Assembly (NCBI RefSeq): GCF_006345805.1
Contig: NC_043001.1
Coordinates: 73,470,001 to 73,534,000, forward strand
DNA length: 64,000 bases
Origin: Octopus sinensis
Taxonomy: Eukaryota
Reading direction: 5' to 3'
Position 1 is the first letter of the stretch, and each line of letters starts with the position of its first letter. The position numbers and the translations under genes were made by a program. Below the pieces are notes generated by a model. The model saw only the letters and a program-made list of their open reading frames with translations. It did not search any database and was not told the DNA's origin. Of the stretch, positions 41,642 to 54,879 are shown one piece after another.

Positions 41642-42700
41642 TATTCGGTCATCCTGTTAATGCTGTTTTTTCAATTGCGTGAACTAAAAGTAGGAGGGGG
41701 ATGGAATAAACTACTTGCATCAACTTGCTATAAAAACAGGAAGTAATTTTAACTTGTACTTATTCTTAGTGAAAGTTCCGAAATGTGCAGTTTGATTTTA
41801 AGTTATTTTTTCAAAGCTATAATGGAAGTGACAAAGGAGCATATTCAGCATATTTTGCTTTATGAGTTCAATAAAAGCAACAATGCAATGGAAAGTGTGA
41901 GAAATATTTGGGGATATTTGCAGTATTTGGGGATTGGAGAACAAGTGTAAGCCAGTGCCAACAGTGGTTCCAGAAATTCCAAGCTGGAAACTACAGCCTC
42001 ATCCTGGAAAATCTGTAGAGCTTGATGAAAACATCCCGCAAAACTTGATGGAACAAAATCCCATCATAACTGTTGAGGAACTAGCAGAAAAACTTAGATT
42101 TTGTCACTCAATCATTCACCAACACCTGCGTGCCATTAGAAAAGTGAGCAAATTGGGTCAATGGGCTCCTCACAAGTCTAATTGCATGCAGAGAGTGAAT
42201 GCATGCTCTTCTTTGCTGTCACGTCTCATGAATGTCAGGCACCAATGACTGTGGGTAAGTAAAGGAGAAACACCAGCACCCCAGGTTAAAGGCCTTCGCC
42301 CATATAAGGTGTTGATATCTGTTTGGTGGGATATCAAAGGTTTAGTCCACTTTGAACTTTTAAACTCAAACCAAACAATAACAAAAGAGATCTACTGTGA
42401 GCAGCTTAAGTCAGCACTAGAAGAAAAATGACCATATTTGGTTTCCAGACAAAAGGTGTTCTTCCATCAGGATAATGCTCAGCCACATACAGTGAGGATG
42501 ATATTCCAAAGCCTAGAACAGTATGAATGGGAAATGATGCCTCACCTACTATATTCACCGGACATTGCCCCATCTGATAATCATTTATTCTGCAGACTTC
42601 AAAATCATTAGGACGGAAAAAATATGAATTCTGTAGATGAGGTCAGAACAGTAATGGACAAGTGAATTTTGGAAGAATGGCCTTACAAGTCTACCAGATT
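41642..42700 (+). mobile_element. Decayed mariner transposon (DD34D), 3' end lost
   Basis: ATG at 41822 (MEVTKEHIQHILLYEF), GQWAPH, SVWWD and HQDNAQPH..YSPDIAPSD with exactly 34 residues between the last two Asp. Frameshifts and stops; interrupted by a SINE fragment near 42705. Confidence 0.88.
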
Positions 42701-42814
42701 CTATCAGCTTCTTTTGCTGAACTGCTGGGTTATGGGAATGTAAACACACCAACATCAGCTGTCAAGTAGTGATGGGGGGACAAAGACACACACACACATA
42801 GATTCATACATATA

Positions 42815-42846
<32 letters not shown>

Positions 42847-42877
42847 CATATATATATATATATAATATATATATATA

Positions 42878-43199
42878 CTCTTTTACTCTTTTACTCTTTT
42901 ACTTGTTTCAGTCATTTGACTGGGGCCATGCTGGAGCACTGCCTTTAGTCGAGCAATTCTTTGTAAGCCCAGTACTTATTCTATCGGTCTCTTTTGCCGA
43001 ACCGCGAAGTTACGGGGACGTAAATACACCAGCATCGGTTGTCAAGCGATGTTGGGGGGCCGGTGGGATTCTTTCAGTCTCTGTCTACTAAATTGGTTGG
43101 CCCAAGGCTATAGAAGACACTTGCCCCAAGTGCCACACAGTTGGACTGGACTTAGAACTGTGTGGTCAGGAAGCAAACTTTTTACCACTCAGCCACGCT

Positions 43200-43200
<1 letters not shown>
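42878..43200 (-). mobile_element. SINE family A copy lacking the internal microsatellite section
   Basis: Reverse complement of the family-A tail and head. Confidence 0.8.
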
Positions 43201-43253
<53 letters not shown>

Positions 43254-43336
43254 GGTCCCGGGTTGATTCGGGGTTAACCACAGTAAATAAGGTACTCAAT
43301 ACATAGTAGAGTAAAATTAATTTATTATATAGAAGG

Positions 43337-43387
43337 AGCTTCTACAGGACTAGAACTGTTTCATTCAAGAGAAATCTTCAGGAAGCT
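43337..43387 (-). ncRNA. Minimal type-I hammerhead ribozyme
   Basis: Exact reverse complement of 45758-45808. Confidence 0.75.
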
Positions 43388-43601
43388 AGTTAACAAAAAT
43401 TGTATTGGCATTTATACATTTAGGCAGGTTTAAAGGGGTGTTGGTGGGGGACTGTATATATATGTGTGTGTGTGTATGTATGCATATATGTATGTATGTA
43501 TGTAATGTGTATGTATATATATGTGTGTAAGTGTGTGTATATATGTATATGTAAGTGTGTGTGCGTGTATGAGTATGTATGTATGTTTGCACACATGTAT
43601 A

Positions 43602-43715
<114 letters not shown>

Positions 43716-44323
43716 GTGTGTATGTGTATGTATGTATGTATATATATGCGTGTGTATGTGTATGTGTATATGTACATATACGTGTACGCTCGTGTGTTTA
43801 TGTATATGTAGGTACGTAGAGTTATCTATGTGTGTATGTATTTGTACATGTGTGTAAGTATGTATATATATATATATATATATATGTGTATATGTGTGTG
43901 TATATATATATGTATATATGTATATGTATATATATGTGTGTATATATGTATATATATATATGTGTGTGTGTAAGTTTATATGTATGTATCCGTCTATATA
44001 ATAGGTAACTGCACGTACATATACTTAATAGTTATTATTTATTTTTTGAGTATGCATGTATGAATAACTGCGCGTATATATATTTTACTATTTACTTATT
44101 TTTTGAGTATGCATGTAAGTATGAATATAAGGAGGCACGTGTGTGTGTGTGTATGTGTAAGCATAGATATATGTATACTTTTACGCATGTGTGTACTTAT
44201 GTGTATATATGGATGCGCGTGTGTGTGTATGGGTACGCATGTACATGTGTATGTGCGTGTATGTGTATATGAGTATGTATGTATGTGTGTGCGTATATTT
44301 GTATATGCATGTATGTATATGTA

Positions 44324-44372
<49 letters not shown>

Positions 44373-44617
44373 ATGTGTATGTATGTATATGTATATGCGT
44401 ATGTGTATGTATTTGTATGTGTATGCATGCGCGTATATATATGTACGTATATGTATACGTGTGGGTGTGTGTATGTGTATAAATGTATGTATGTATGGAT
44501 GTATGGATGTATGTATGTATGTATACGTATGTATGTGTATGTGTGTATATGTATGTATGTGTATGTGTGTGTATATGTATATATATATATATGTATATGT
44601 GTATATGTATGTATATG

Positions 44618-44648
<31 letters not shown>

Positions 44649-45757
44649 GTATGTATATATATGTGAATATGTATGTATATGTATATATATATACATGTAT
44701 GTATTTGTATGTAGGTGTATATGTATGTGTGTGTATTTATATTTATTGGTGTATATGTATAGACTAGCCTTCTAAGAGTGTAGACATGAATCTGTAGGTA
44801 CGCGTACGTATGTGTATATACGTGAATGTATGTAGATGTATGTATGTATGAATATAACGCGTGCGTGCGTGTATGTGTATGAGTGTGCGAATGAGTGAGT
44901 GTACGTGCTAAAGAGTGTGCGTGAGTAAATGAGTGCTTGTTTTCCAGTAGACAGATAAATGGACTGGCTGTCATAGCCAAGATGTTTGTGACCAGCGATC
45001 AAAGATAACAAAAGTAATAAATGAAGATAATAAAATTAAAATTAGGGAATGGGTCTGTATTTGTATGTGTATATATATGTGTGTATGTGTAGGTATGCAT
45101 AGGTACACATATGTATATATATATATATATATATGTATGTATATGTATGTGTGTGTATATGTGTGTGTATGTGTATATATGTATATATAGGGACTAGTGT
45201 GCTGTGTGTGCATATGTGTGTGTGGATATGTGTGTGTATGCGTGTATGTGAGTATGTGTGTGTATGTGTATATATATTTTTCTGTGTGTATATGTATGCA
45301 TGGTCGTGTGTGTATATATACATGTGTGTATACGTGTATGCATGTGAGTGTGTGTATGTGTGTATGTATACATATATGTGTATGTGTAGATATGTATATG
45401 TATGTGTAAGTGTATATATATGTATATATGTGTGTGTGTACGTATGTGTGTATGTATATGTATATATGTTTGTATGTGTGTGTATATATGTATACATATG
45501 TGCATAGGTATAAGTGAGAATCTCCTTATTTACCTAAAACTCTATTCCCTTTTTTTATATATATTTTTTATATATTTTTTTATATATTTTTTTATTTTTT
45601 TATTTTTTTATTTATTCTTCTATCTAATTTAACACTGACTCCTTGACCACTCCCCCAAGTATGATATTTTGCGCTATGCCTACCCCCAAAAAGTCCCCCA
45701 CCAACACCCCTTTAAACCTGCCTAAATGTATAAATGCCAATACAATTTTTGTTAACT

Positions 45758-45808
45758 AGCTTCCTGAAGATTTCTCTTGAATGAAACAGTTCTAGTCCTG
45801 TAGAAGCT
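45758..45808 (+). ncRNA. Minimal type-I hammerhead ribozyme
   Basis: AGCUUC-CUGAAGA-U[UUC-UCUU-GAA]U-GAAA-[CAG-UUCUAGUC-CUG]-UA-GAAGCU: 6-bp stem I, intact core, GUA site, non-canonical U.U at the base of stem II. Confidence 0.75.
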
Positions 45809-45894
45809 CCTTCTATATAATAAATATATATATATATATATATATGCACACACACACACACACACATACACATATATTATATATATTATATAAA

Positions 45895-46273
45895 TAGGCA
45901 CAGGAGTGGCCATGTGGCAAGTAACTTGCTTACCAACCACATGATTCTGGGTTCAGCCCCACTGTGTGACACCTCGGGCAAGTGTCTTCTACTATAGCCT
46001 CGGGCCGGCCAAAGCTTTGTGAGTGGATTTGGTAGACAGAAACTGAAAGAAGCCTGACGTATGTATATAAGCACATGTGTGTGTGTGTTTGTTCCCCTAC
46101 CATTGCTTGACAAGCAATGCTGGTGTGTGTACGTCCCTATAACTTAATGGTTCAACAAAAGAGACCAATAGAATAAGTACTAGGCTTACAAAAAATAAGT
46201 TCTGCGGTCGATTTGTTCAACTAAAGGCAGTGCTCCTGCATGGCCATAGTCAAATGACTGAAACAAGTAAAAG
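45895..46273 (+). mobile_element. SINE family A copy
   Basis: Homologous to 55745-56172. Confidence 0.85.
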
Positions 46274-46305
46274 AATATCTGTATATACATACATATATAT
46301 ATACA

Positions 46306-47157
46306 TCATCATCATCATCATCATCATTTAGCGTCCGTTTTCCATGCTAGCATGGGTTGGACGGTTCTACTGGGGTCTGTGAAGCCAGAAGGCTTCATCA
46401 GGCCCAGTCAAATCTGGCAGTGTTTCTACGGCTGGATGCCCTTCCTAACGCCAACCACTCCGTGAGTGTAGTGGGTGCTTTTTACGTGCCACCCGCACTG
46501 GTGCCAGACAGAGCTGGCAAACGGCCACGAACGGATGGTGCTTTTTATGTGCCACCGGCACGAGGGCCAGGCGAGGCTGGCAACGGACACGAAACGGGGC
46601 GGTGCTGGCAACGGTCGCGAAACGGAAAGTTCTCTTACATGCCACCGGCACTGGTAACACATCTGCAATTTCCATTGATCGATTTCGATTCTGATCCTCA
46701 CTTGCCTCAATGGGTCTTCACAAGCAGAGTTTCGACATGCCACCGGCACTGGTAGCACACCCGCAATTTCCATTGATCGATTTCGATTCTGATCCTCACT
46801 TGCCTCAACACGTCTTCACAAGTAGAGTTTTGTGTCCCAAGAAGGGAAGGTATGCATACGTAGGCTGGCTCCATCCCATGTAGAAGGCCACGGGTTGTGG
46901 ACTCACTTGTCCTGCCGGGTCTTCTCGCGCACAGCACACTTCCAGAGGTCTCGGTCTCTAGTCATTTCCTCAGTGAGACCTAAAGTTCGAAGGTCGTGCT
47001 TCACCACCTCGTCCCAGGTTTTCCTGGGTCTGCCTCTTCCACAGGTTCCCTCAACCGCTAGGGTGTGGCACTTTTTCACACAACTATCTTCATCCATTCT
47101 CGCCACATGACCATACCAGCGCAAACGTCTCTCTTGCACACCACAACTGATGCTTCT

Positions 47158-47160
<3 letters not shown>
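46306..47160 (-). mobile_element. 5'-truncated RTE LINE 3' end (ORF C-terminus, about 580-nt 3' UTR, (GAT)n tail)
   Basis: [44 protein letters not shown] ends at 46903. The UTR has ggatgcccttcctaacgccaacc and an about 70-bp direct repeat (about 46640-46710 and 46739-46808). Confidence 0.88.
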
Positions 47161-47226
<66 letters not shown>

Positions 47227-47396
47227 CATATATATATACACACACACACACACATATATAATATATACACACACATATATATTACATATAAACATACACA
47301 TTAGATATATATTATATACATACAAAAAAATTATATAGATTATATATATATATATATATATATATACATACATACATACATACATACATACATACA

Positions 47397-49975
47397 TGAT
47401 GGCTGTCCACTCGTGACCGAGGAAGACCATTGCCGACCTTCAGGAACATTGTTCGCTCTAGGACTAATTTATATTTTGCATTTGCGGCTCCGTTGGTGGC
47501 TAATGAGCTCTGCATACACAACAAGCATACACGACTGCAAACATTGCAGACCAAGCTTTCCCCATTCACTATACGAGCCGTGCGCTTTCGCGCAGCTCGC
47601 TTAAGTTCTTCATGCTGGATACGTGCTCTCTCAAAAGTGTCGATCCCCTCCTTAACTTGCTTCCTCCATCTGTGGCGATGACAGGCATTGTTCTCCCAGT
47701 CAGTGTCCTGTATATCAAAATGATCCGGACATCCAAGTTTGCCAAGTATTTTCCATAGAAAGGCTCTATTTACAGTATCAAAGGCCTTAGTTAAATCAAT
47801 GAATACCTGGACAAGATCCATATTCTGCTCATAGCACTTCTCCTGCATCTGTCTTGCTGTGAAAATCATATCCATTGTCCCTCTACCAGATCGGAAGCCA
47901 CATTGAGATTCAGATAGGACATCATTTATGAGACACCCATTCAGACGGGTAAGAAGAATATTTGCCAGAACCTTGCCAGCAGCTGATAGCAGAGCAATAC
48001 CTCTGTAGTTACCACACATTGTTCTGGCTCCTTTTCCTTTATATAGAGGAAGAATAATTGCATCCTTCCAGTCCTTAGGGATTGCACCATCCCTTCAGAC
48101 TGCACTAATAAGTTCATGAAGGGACTGTGTGATGCAATTACCACCAAATCGCAAAACCTCAGCACAAATTCCATCCTTTCCAGGTGCCCTACCAAGATTC
48201 AATTTACTTATTGATGTCATTACTTCATGTATTGATGGCGAGGAGTCTAAGGAGTCAAAGATAGGTCTTTGTTTCATAGTATCAATCACTGTTTCATCCA
48301 CAACTGACTCATGGTTTAGGAGTTCAGAGAAGTGTTCGATCCAGCGACCTGTGATTTCTGTTGATTTAGTAAACAGAGTGGAAGACTCCTTGGAAAGCAA
48401 AGGAGCTGATGTGGAGCTCTTAGGTCCATAAGCTCGCTTCATAAGATGGTAAAGCTTCTTGCTGTCATTTGCATCAGCAGCAGCCTGAACATCACGAGCA
48501 AAATCCTCCCACCAAGTGTTCTGCATCTTCCAGAGAGATCGCTGCAGTATTACACTGTTATAGTGGGCAAGTGCTAGACTTTGCTGCACAGTAGACAGTT
48601 CTCTGTGCAGCAATACACTGTGGGCATGGCGCTTCATCACTAATAGTCATTGAATTCCAGCATCATTCTCATCAAACCAGTCTCTATGTCTGGCTGTAAC
48701 ATACCCCAGTGTTTCGGCTGCACATTGAACAACCTGGTCTCGAAAATCTTCCCATGCTGCAGCAGTTTCAATGCTGGACAAGCGAGTCTGAAGCTCTTTC
48801 CTAACCACAACATCATATACCTTGTGGACATTTAGACGGCGAGGAATGCTGACTGGTCCTCTTCTCTCTTTCGCCCTAATCACCATTCGGAACTTTGCTC
48901 GCACCAGACTGTGGTCTGTCCAGCATTCTGATCCATGCAAGGACTTGATATTACAAATGTCATAAATGTTGCGCGGATGATGACGTAATCCAGCAAGTGC
49001 CAAACTTTGGACCTTGGATGCATCCATGTTGTTGTGTGATCACCTTTGTGCACAAAATGAGTACTTGCAATGTAAAGTCCATGTTCTTCGCAAAGCTCCA
49101 ACAGCATGAGACCATTGCTATTCATTTTCCCTACTCCAAAACGTACTAGAGAGTTCCATGTTTGCCAGTCTGTTCCAACTCTGGCATTAAAATCCCCCAG
49201 TAGAATGACTTTATCAGCATTGGGGATTTTTCTAAGTATGGCTCTCAGCTGGGTATAAAAGATTATTTTATCTTCATCAAAGTAGGTGCATAGGCACTTA
49301 TTAGAGTAGCAAACCGCTTACTTTTCAAGTGCAACCGTAGGGTCATTATACGTTCATTTATAGGAACAGGGAGCTCTTCCAACTTCTTCAGGATATCAGA
49401 TCGGACTGCAAAACCAACACCAGCCTCTCTGCGCTCCTCCTTCTGCCTTCCTTTCCAAAAAAAGGTGTATCCGCCTCCTACTTCCTCAAGCTGACCATCA
49501 CCTTCTATACGAGTCTCTGAGAGTGCAGCTATATCAATTTTATAATGGTTCAGCTCATGAGCAACAAGTGCAGTGCGTCTTTCAGGCCTGCAATCATTCC
49601 TGTTGTCCAACAGAGTACGCACATTCCAACATGAAATGTTTAAGTTCCGTCCAGATTTTATCGATAAAAGACTCTTTATTTTTCGAGCACAGGGTGGACA
49701 TCCGTCAGTTGCGCTAAACTGACCAGATATGGAAAGACAGGCAATTTTTGGTTCACCTTTTCTAGAACCCCCCCGGTCTCCAGGTGAGCAGTGCCCTCTC
49801 CAAATAGAGCTGCTCAGACACCCATGCAGCAACCAAATCCTACCGCTGTCTTGGGCGACAAGGAGACGACTTTATATCTAGCATGGGCCGCCTACGTGCA
49901 GGTCGCTGACTACATGCTTCCAACCCGTCAGGTCTGCATGCTTCACCACCTTCCCATCGCCGCAGGACTTCCGAA
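47397..49975 (-). mobile_element. RTE-clade LINE retaining 5' UTR, APE endonuclease and RT N-terminus, with a large internal deletion
   Basis: WNVRTL..ELNHYKIDIAALSETR..GVGFAV (APE), MHPRSKVWHLLDY, NYRGIALLS..QCGFRSGRGTMDMIF..FIDLTKAFDTV (RT). At about 47716/47717 it jumps from GCPDHF to the WE..A..R..WRK C-terminus. Frameshifted; (GTAT)n tail. Confidence 0.9.
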
Positions 49976-52074
49976 AAAAAAAAAAGATAGATATATAAAT
50001 AAAAAATAAAAAAAAGAGGAGGTCGGCAATGCCTGTGCAGAGTTTTAGGTCCAGTAAGGCTAGTAAGGTAGAAATTCCGGGTTCATGTGCAGAAATTTGT
50101 GTGTTATATATGAATAAATAAATAAATAAATGGAGTTGAATGAAGATGTTAATAAAATTCCTTTACTTTCGACATCTGTTTTGAAGACAACATGATTTTA
50201 TTCCAAAGGAATAAACGGTATAAGATCCAATCTTCTCATCAGGAAAGAAAGGGAGCCTCTCTCAACAACAAGACAATATAATTACAATGACTGCCTACAT
50301 GATAAACAAAACGTTAATAAGTGTTATATATACATATATAAGTGTTATATATACATATGCATACATATATATATTATTAATAGTTAGAGAATATAATAAT
50401 TCCAAGCCAACAGGGAAAAAATTCAATTTAGCACACTAAATTAAAAATTCACAATATATTAAATATATACAGAGAGACAAATGGCTATTTAGTTATGTAT
50501 GCATATGCAACTTTTTCCAAGTTGTCCATGATTTTTCCAGGCATTGCTGTTATAAGATAATAAATAATGTGTCAATTAATAATTTAAGATTTTACCTTAT
50601 AAAATACTGAAAGATAATATTTCAAATTTTCCATGTAAGTGATGATATTTCAGTTTTTTTCGTGTTTAATTTAATTATATGTTGTGATTGAATTATTTGA
50701 TATTACACATCCACACCAAATGAATGGCAGGCATTTTTACCATGTAGTTGGTTGCATCATGGCTCACTAAAAGTTACAAACAACAGGACCCCAAAGCCAT
50801 CAGTTACCAGACTCACCTTAAATAACCTAATTTTGCAATATTAGGTCACAGGAATTCATTCAACAAAAAAAGAATTTCCAATGATTCCAGAATTGCCCTC
50901 CACCTCATTTTTTCCAAATCAAGAGAAGGGATTTGCAGCATATTAGGGGGTCAGGGTACTTGATTCCACGCAAAAAATCAAATTTTTTTTCTTAGTGAAA
51001 ATCGTGCAGGTGTTAATATAGAAATTGACCATAATGTTATTTAGCCTCAAATAAACCCTGATACTGCAAACATATCATCAAAGACATTCCAGCCTTCAGC
51101 AAACCGTCTTTTTAGGGATAATCTAGGACATTACATATAATGGGCGTGTGATTTAGGTAGGGGGATACTTTGGCTGCTATTTTCAGCGTGTCAAGCGACC
51201 AGGTAGAGGCTCTTTCATTGGTTTGATTGCGTGATGAGATTTTTTTACACATATATGTAATATGTATATATATCATCAGCAGAAGTTAGAGAGTAAGTCA
51301 AAAGCTGAGAGTTTTGTGTATTGGCACTTATCAAACACAGATTTGTCCATTGTCACTCTGTAACTTCTGATGAAATAACTTCTAAAATACAAAATTTTGT
51401 CAAAAACGTTAGGAGTAAACCCTGTTCTATGTGACAAATTCTACCAGTATCAGAAGTTTGAAAGTGTTTAGAAAAAATCAATCAAATAATCTGTACATCA
51501 AAGTCGACCTCAGCGAAATTTGAATCCAAAAACGTAAAGACAGATGAAATAGCATTAAGCATTTCACCTGGCACGCTAACTTTTCTGCCAGCTCGCCACC
51601 TTAGAAAGTAAACATTCATTTTAGAAATATATTGGTTATTCTTATTGCATAAGTGTTACTTCCTTACATCCTTACATGAAATTTCGTAACATTTTACCTC
51701 TTAACTCTTTTTCTACTAATTTTTGTTCAATGCGACTAGCGATTTTGAATTCCTCATGCATTTTTCTATCAGTTAAGCATAAGAAAGACATACTTTTAAT
51801 TTAAAATTAAAATATTTATGTTAATTGAAGAGGAATATTTGTCTTACTGCCCTCCCTAAGGTTGCAGATATTTTGATGTAACTTTTTTCTACAGAACTAA
51901 ATCTCAAACTATTCATGCCAAAGTGTAGCTGAGAAGCTATCTTCTTTAAAACTATTAACAGTTTGCAATTTAGTTGAGAAGTGACTTAGTGGTGAAGCTT
52001 GGAAGCCACTGCGATTGACAAAATGGTGGACTTAAGCACAGTAGTGCTTGTATATATATATATATATATATACA

Positions 52075-53337
52075 CAGGGATTGGACAAAATTATGGAAAT
52101 ACCTTAAAATTTCAAACAAATATAATTTAATATAGGGTAGGACTGCATTTGGCAGTAATTACAGCTTGAATTCTATGAGGTATGGACTTGTACAAAGTTT
52201 GAATTGTTTCCAAAGGAATTTTTGTCCATTCTTCAGCTAAAACAGTCCCCAATTCTTATAGAGATTATGGTGGAGGATATCGACTCCTTACATGTTTTTC
52301 TAAAATGCACCATAAATGTTCAATAATATTGACATCTGGGGACTGTGGTGGCCAGTTAAGATGTTCAGCTTCACTAGAATGTTCTTCGTGCCATTCAGTA
52401 ACAACTTTAGCTGTGTGAATCGGTGCATTATCATCCTGAAAGACTGCGTTTCCCTCCGGAAACAGTTCCACAACCATTGGATGAATTTGATCAGATAAAA
52501 TACTTAAATAGTCTTGACTATTAATCCTGCCATGAAGGGAAACCATTGGGCCAGCAGATTTCCAAGATATAGTCCCACAGATCATCACAGATCCTCCTCC
52601 ATGTTTAACAGTTGGAAGAAGGCAGTATGGGTCAAATGCTTCTTTTGGCTGTCTCCACACATATACTCAGCTGGTGGTCAGAAATAAGGTAAAGGATGAC
52701 TCGTCCGAGAAAATAACATTCTTCCACTGCTCTAGGGACCAATTCTGTAAGTTTTTACTCCACTCTAAACAATTTGCAACATTTGTTTTTGAAACTAGTG
52801 GTTTTCTGATTGCAGCCCTCTCATGAAATCCAGCTTTGTGCAGCTCCTGGTGAACAGTTTTTGTGGAAACTGGGTTCTTGAGGTGGTCATTAAACCCTGC
52901 GGTAATTTTGGAAGCTGTACTTTCGTGATCCTTTTGAACAATTCACATAAGGGTCCGATGGTCCCAATCTGAAACTTTTGTTTTTCTTCCCGAGTTTTGT
53001 TTCGACAAGGAGGTTTTTCCCTCTTTCACAAAGGCTGTCATTATTTTCGAGACAGTACTTCTTGATACACCAAACATTTTGGCTGTTTTCATTACACTAG
53101 CTCTTACCATACGAGCAACAACAATTTGACCTCTTTGAAAGTCCGATAGATCTGTCAATTTCATGAATTTTAATTACCTTTTTCTGATGATATCTGAAAA
53201 GAAACAGCAATTTTAACAAAACGTATTAAGCAACACTAATAATAAATCAAAAAACATAAAAATAACCAAGCTTTTGATGGTTTTATAGATATTTCAAAAT
53301 TATGATGCTATGTTTCCATTATTTTGTCCAACCCCTA
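52075..53337 (-). mobile_element. Full-length, decayed Tc1-like transposon with DD36E spacing
   Basis: About 26-bp TIRs: cagggattggacaaaattatggaaa at 52075 and tttccattattttgtccaaccccta ending at 53337, in TA-rich flanks. Transposase runs 53164 to about 52250 with HTH, VIFSDESSF, GGGSVM and QDDNAPIH..WPPQSPDVNIIE; frameshift and stop present. Confidence 0.9.
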
Positions 53338-53637
53338 TATATATATATCATCATCATTATCATCGTCATATATATATTATATATATATGTATGTATACAT
53401 ATATGCATATGCATATTTGTATTATATAGACACAAAACATTGCAGTAGTTTGCTTCTCAACCGTGTATTTTCAGGTTTGGTCGACTGCCTGACAGTTTGA
53501 TTAAGTGTCTTCCACTAAAGCTGCAAGCCAACCAAAGCCTTGTGGGTGGATTTGGTACCTGGAAACTAAAAGAAGCCTCTCATGTATACACATACGCATT
53601 ACATACATACATACATATATATGCATATAAATTTAAT

Positions 53638-54196
53638 ACACAACTGAAAGAGCTACTAATAGTTTCATGCTTTTATGATACTTTAACTAGGCATATTTAT
53701 ATAATATGCCATGTATTTTTGTTTATGCATAGAGTATATTTTTAAAAAACTAGGATGCTGGAAAGTGAGAAATTAAGAAAAATATGAGAAGAAAAATACA
53801 AATTAGGTTGATGCAAAAAATAGAATGAGAAGAAACAAAAAAAAAAAACAAGATCCCTGTTCTCCCTGATTACAGAAACCACAATTAATGCAGTTGGTAT
53901 AGGACAAAATAATAGAACATATGTCAAAGTCTGCAAGATGGTGACTTAATCCAGAGAGGGTGATGTTCTCCAGTTCTTATCCATGTATTTGTTGAAGTCC
54001 AAGAAATCTAACACACTACCTAATTGCAGATGTGAAATTTTTAGCAGATGCAAACACATGGATAGGTTTCTTATGTCTAATTGTAGGACACCACCCACTC
54101 AGGAGTGAGTTGCATCTCACTGACCTTGACATATTTTATAAGTATGCCGAGTATCATAAAAACATGAAATTATTAGTATCTCTTTCAGTTGTGCAT
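53638..54196. repeat. Diverged about 70-bp inverted repeats (53638-53710 and 54131-54196) around an about 420-bp spacer
   Basis: cacaactgaaagagctactaatagtttcatgcttttatgatact mirrors agtatcataaaaacatgaaattattagtatctctttcagttgtg. Confidence 0.65.
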
Positions 54197-54379
54197 TAAA
54201 TCAATATTTATCTCTCACTGGATGGAGTAATTATTTTTGTTGATTCTACCTATAATGGATCTACATATATATATATGGATATGCGCACTTACACAATTAC
54301 TATGACCATTTTTACTCCCTTACCCTTACTCCCTCCCCTTACTTAGCGGTCATTTTCATAGCATTTTTTTCGATGGCCT

Positions 54380-54440
54380 GATAACTGAAGAGATGTCGGC
54401 GTGGGTTTCTGCCCCGACATCCGAAACTCAGAGTTTTATC
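54380..54440 (+). ncRNA. Type-I hammerhead ribozyme
   Basis: GAUAA-CUGAAGA-[GAUGUCGG..CCGACAUC]C-GAAA-CUCAGAG-UU-UUAUC: 5-bp stem I, 8-bp stem II, near-palindromic stem III, GUU site. Confidence 0.75.
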
Positions 54441-54611
54441 ATGGCTACTGAAGAATTGTCACATATATTTACAAATAAATTCCTCTATTTACATAATATT
54501 GAGGTCGCTTTCATTCTTTTGTTGTCTTGTTATTTTATATCAATATGTCGCCATAATAGATCGGTAGCCACTGCACACATTTTTTTCTCTCCTTGTTTCT
54601 TTTCTATGTCC

Positions 54612-54647
54612 CTTTCTGTAGAAGAACGTAGGCTCGAAACGTAAAAG
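54612..54647 (+). ncRNA. Degenerate minimal hammerhead-like motif
   Basis: CUUU-CUGUAGAA-GAAC-GUAG-GCUC-GAAA-CG-UA-AAAG. Stem I and the ACGU palindrome are intact, but the core deviates from CUGANGA. Confidence 0.4.
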
Positions 54648-54764
54648 ACTTTTTCAATTCCTGAGCGTTATACTAATACATGTTTGTTTTGTACACCACC
54701 TGTCTTCGTCTTTTGTTTTTTCCATGAACTCTCCCCCTGTATATATATATATATATTATATATA

Positions 54765-54817
<53 letters not shown>

Positions 54818-54879
54818 CATACATATACATATATATGCATGTATGTATGTACACACACACACATACATACATATATACA

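Noticed and set aside
50140-50250. CUGAUGA..GAAA on the minus strand, a possible hammerhead
   Set aside because: Stem I cannot form and the base of stem II pairs poorly.
50940-51230. Possible DNA-transposon end (also 58480-58800)
   Set aside because: No partner TIR or transposase was found in the window.
53638-54196. Possible hammerhead in this inverted-repeat element (GAAA-CUAUUAG-UA in the arm)
   Set aside because: No CUGANGA core with a matching stem I was found in the arms or spacer; recorded as a counter-example.
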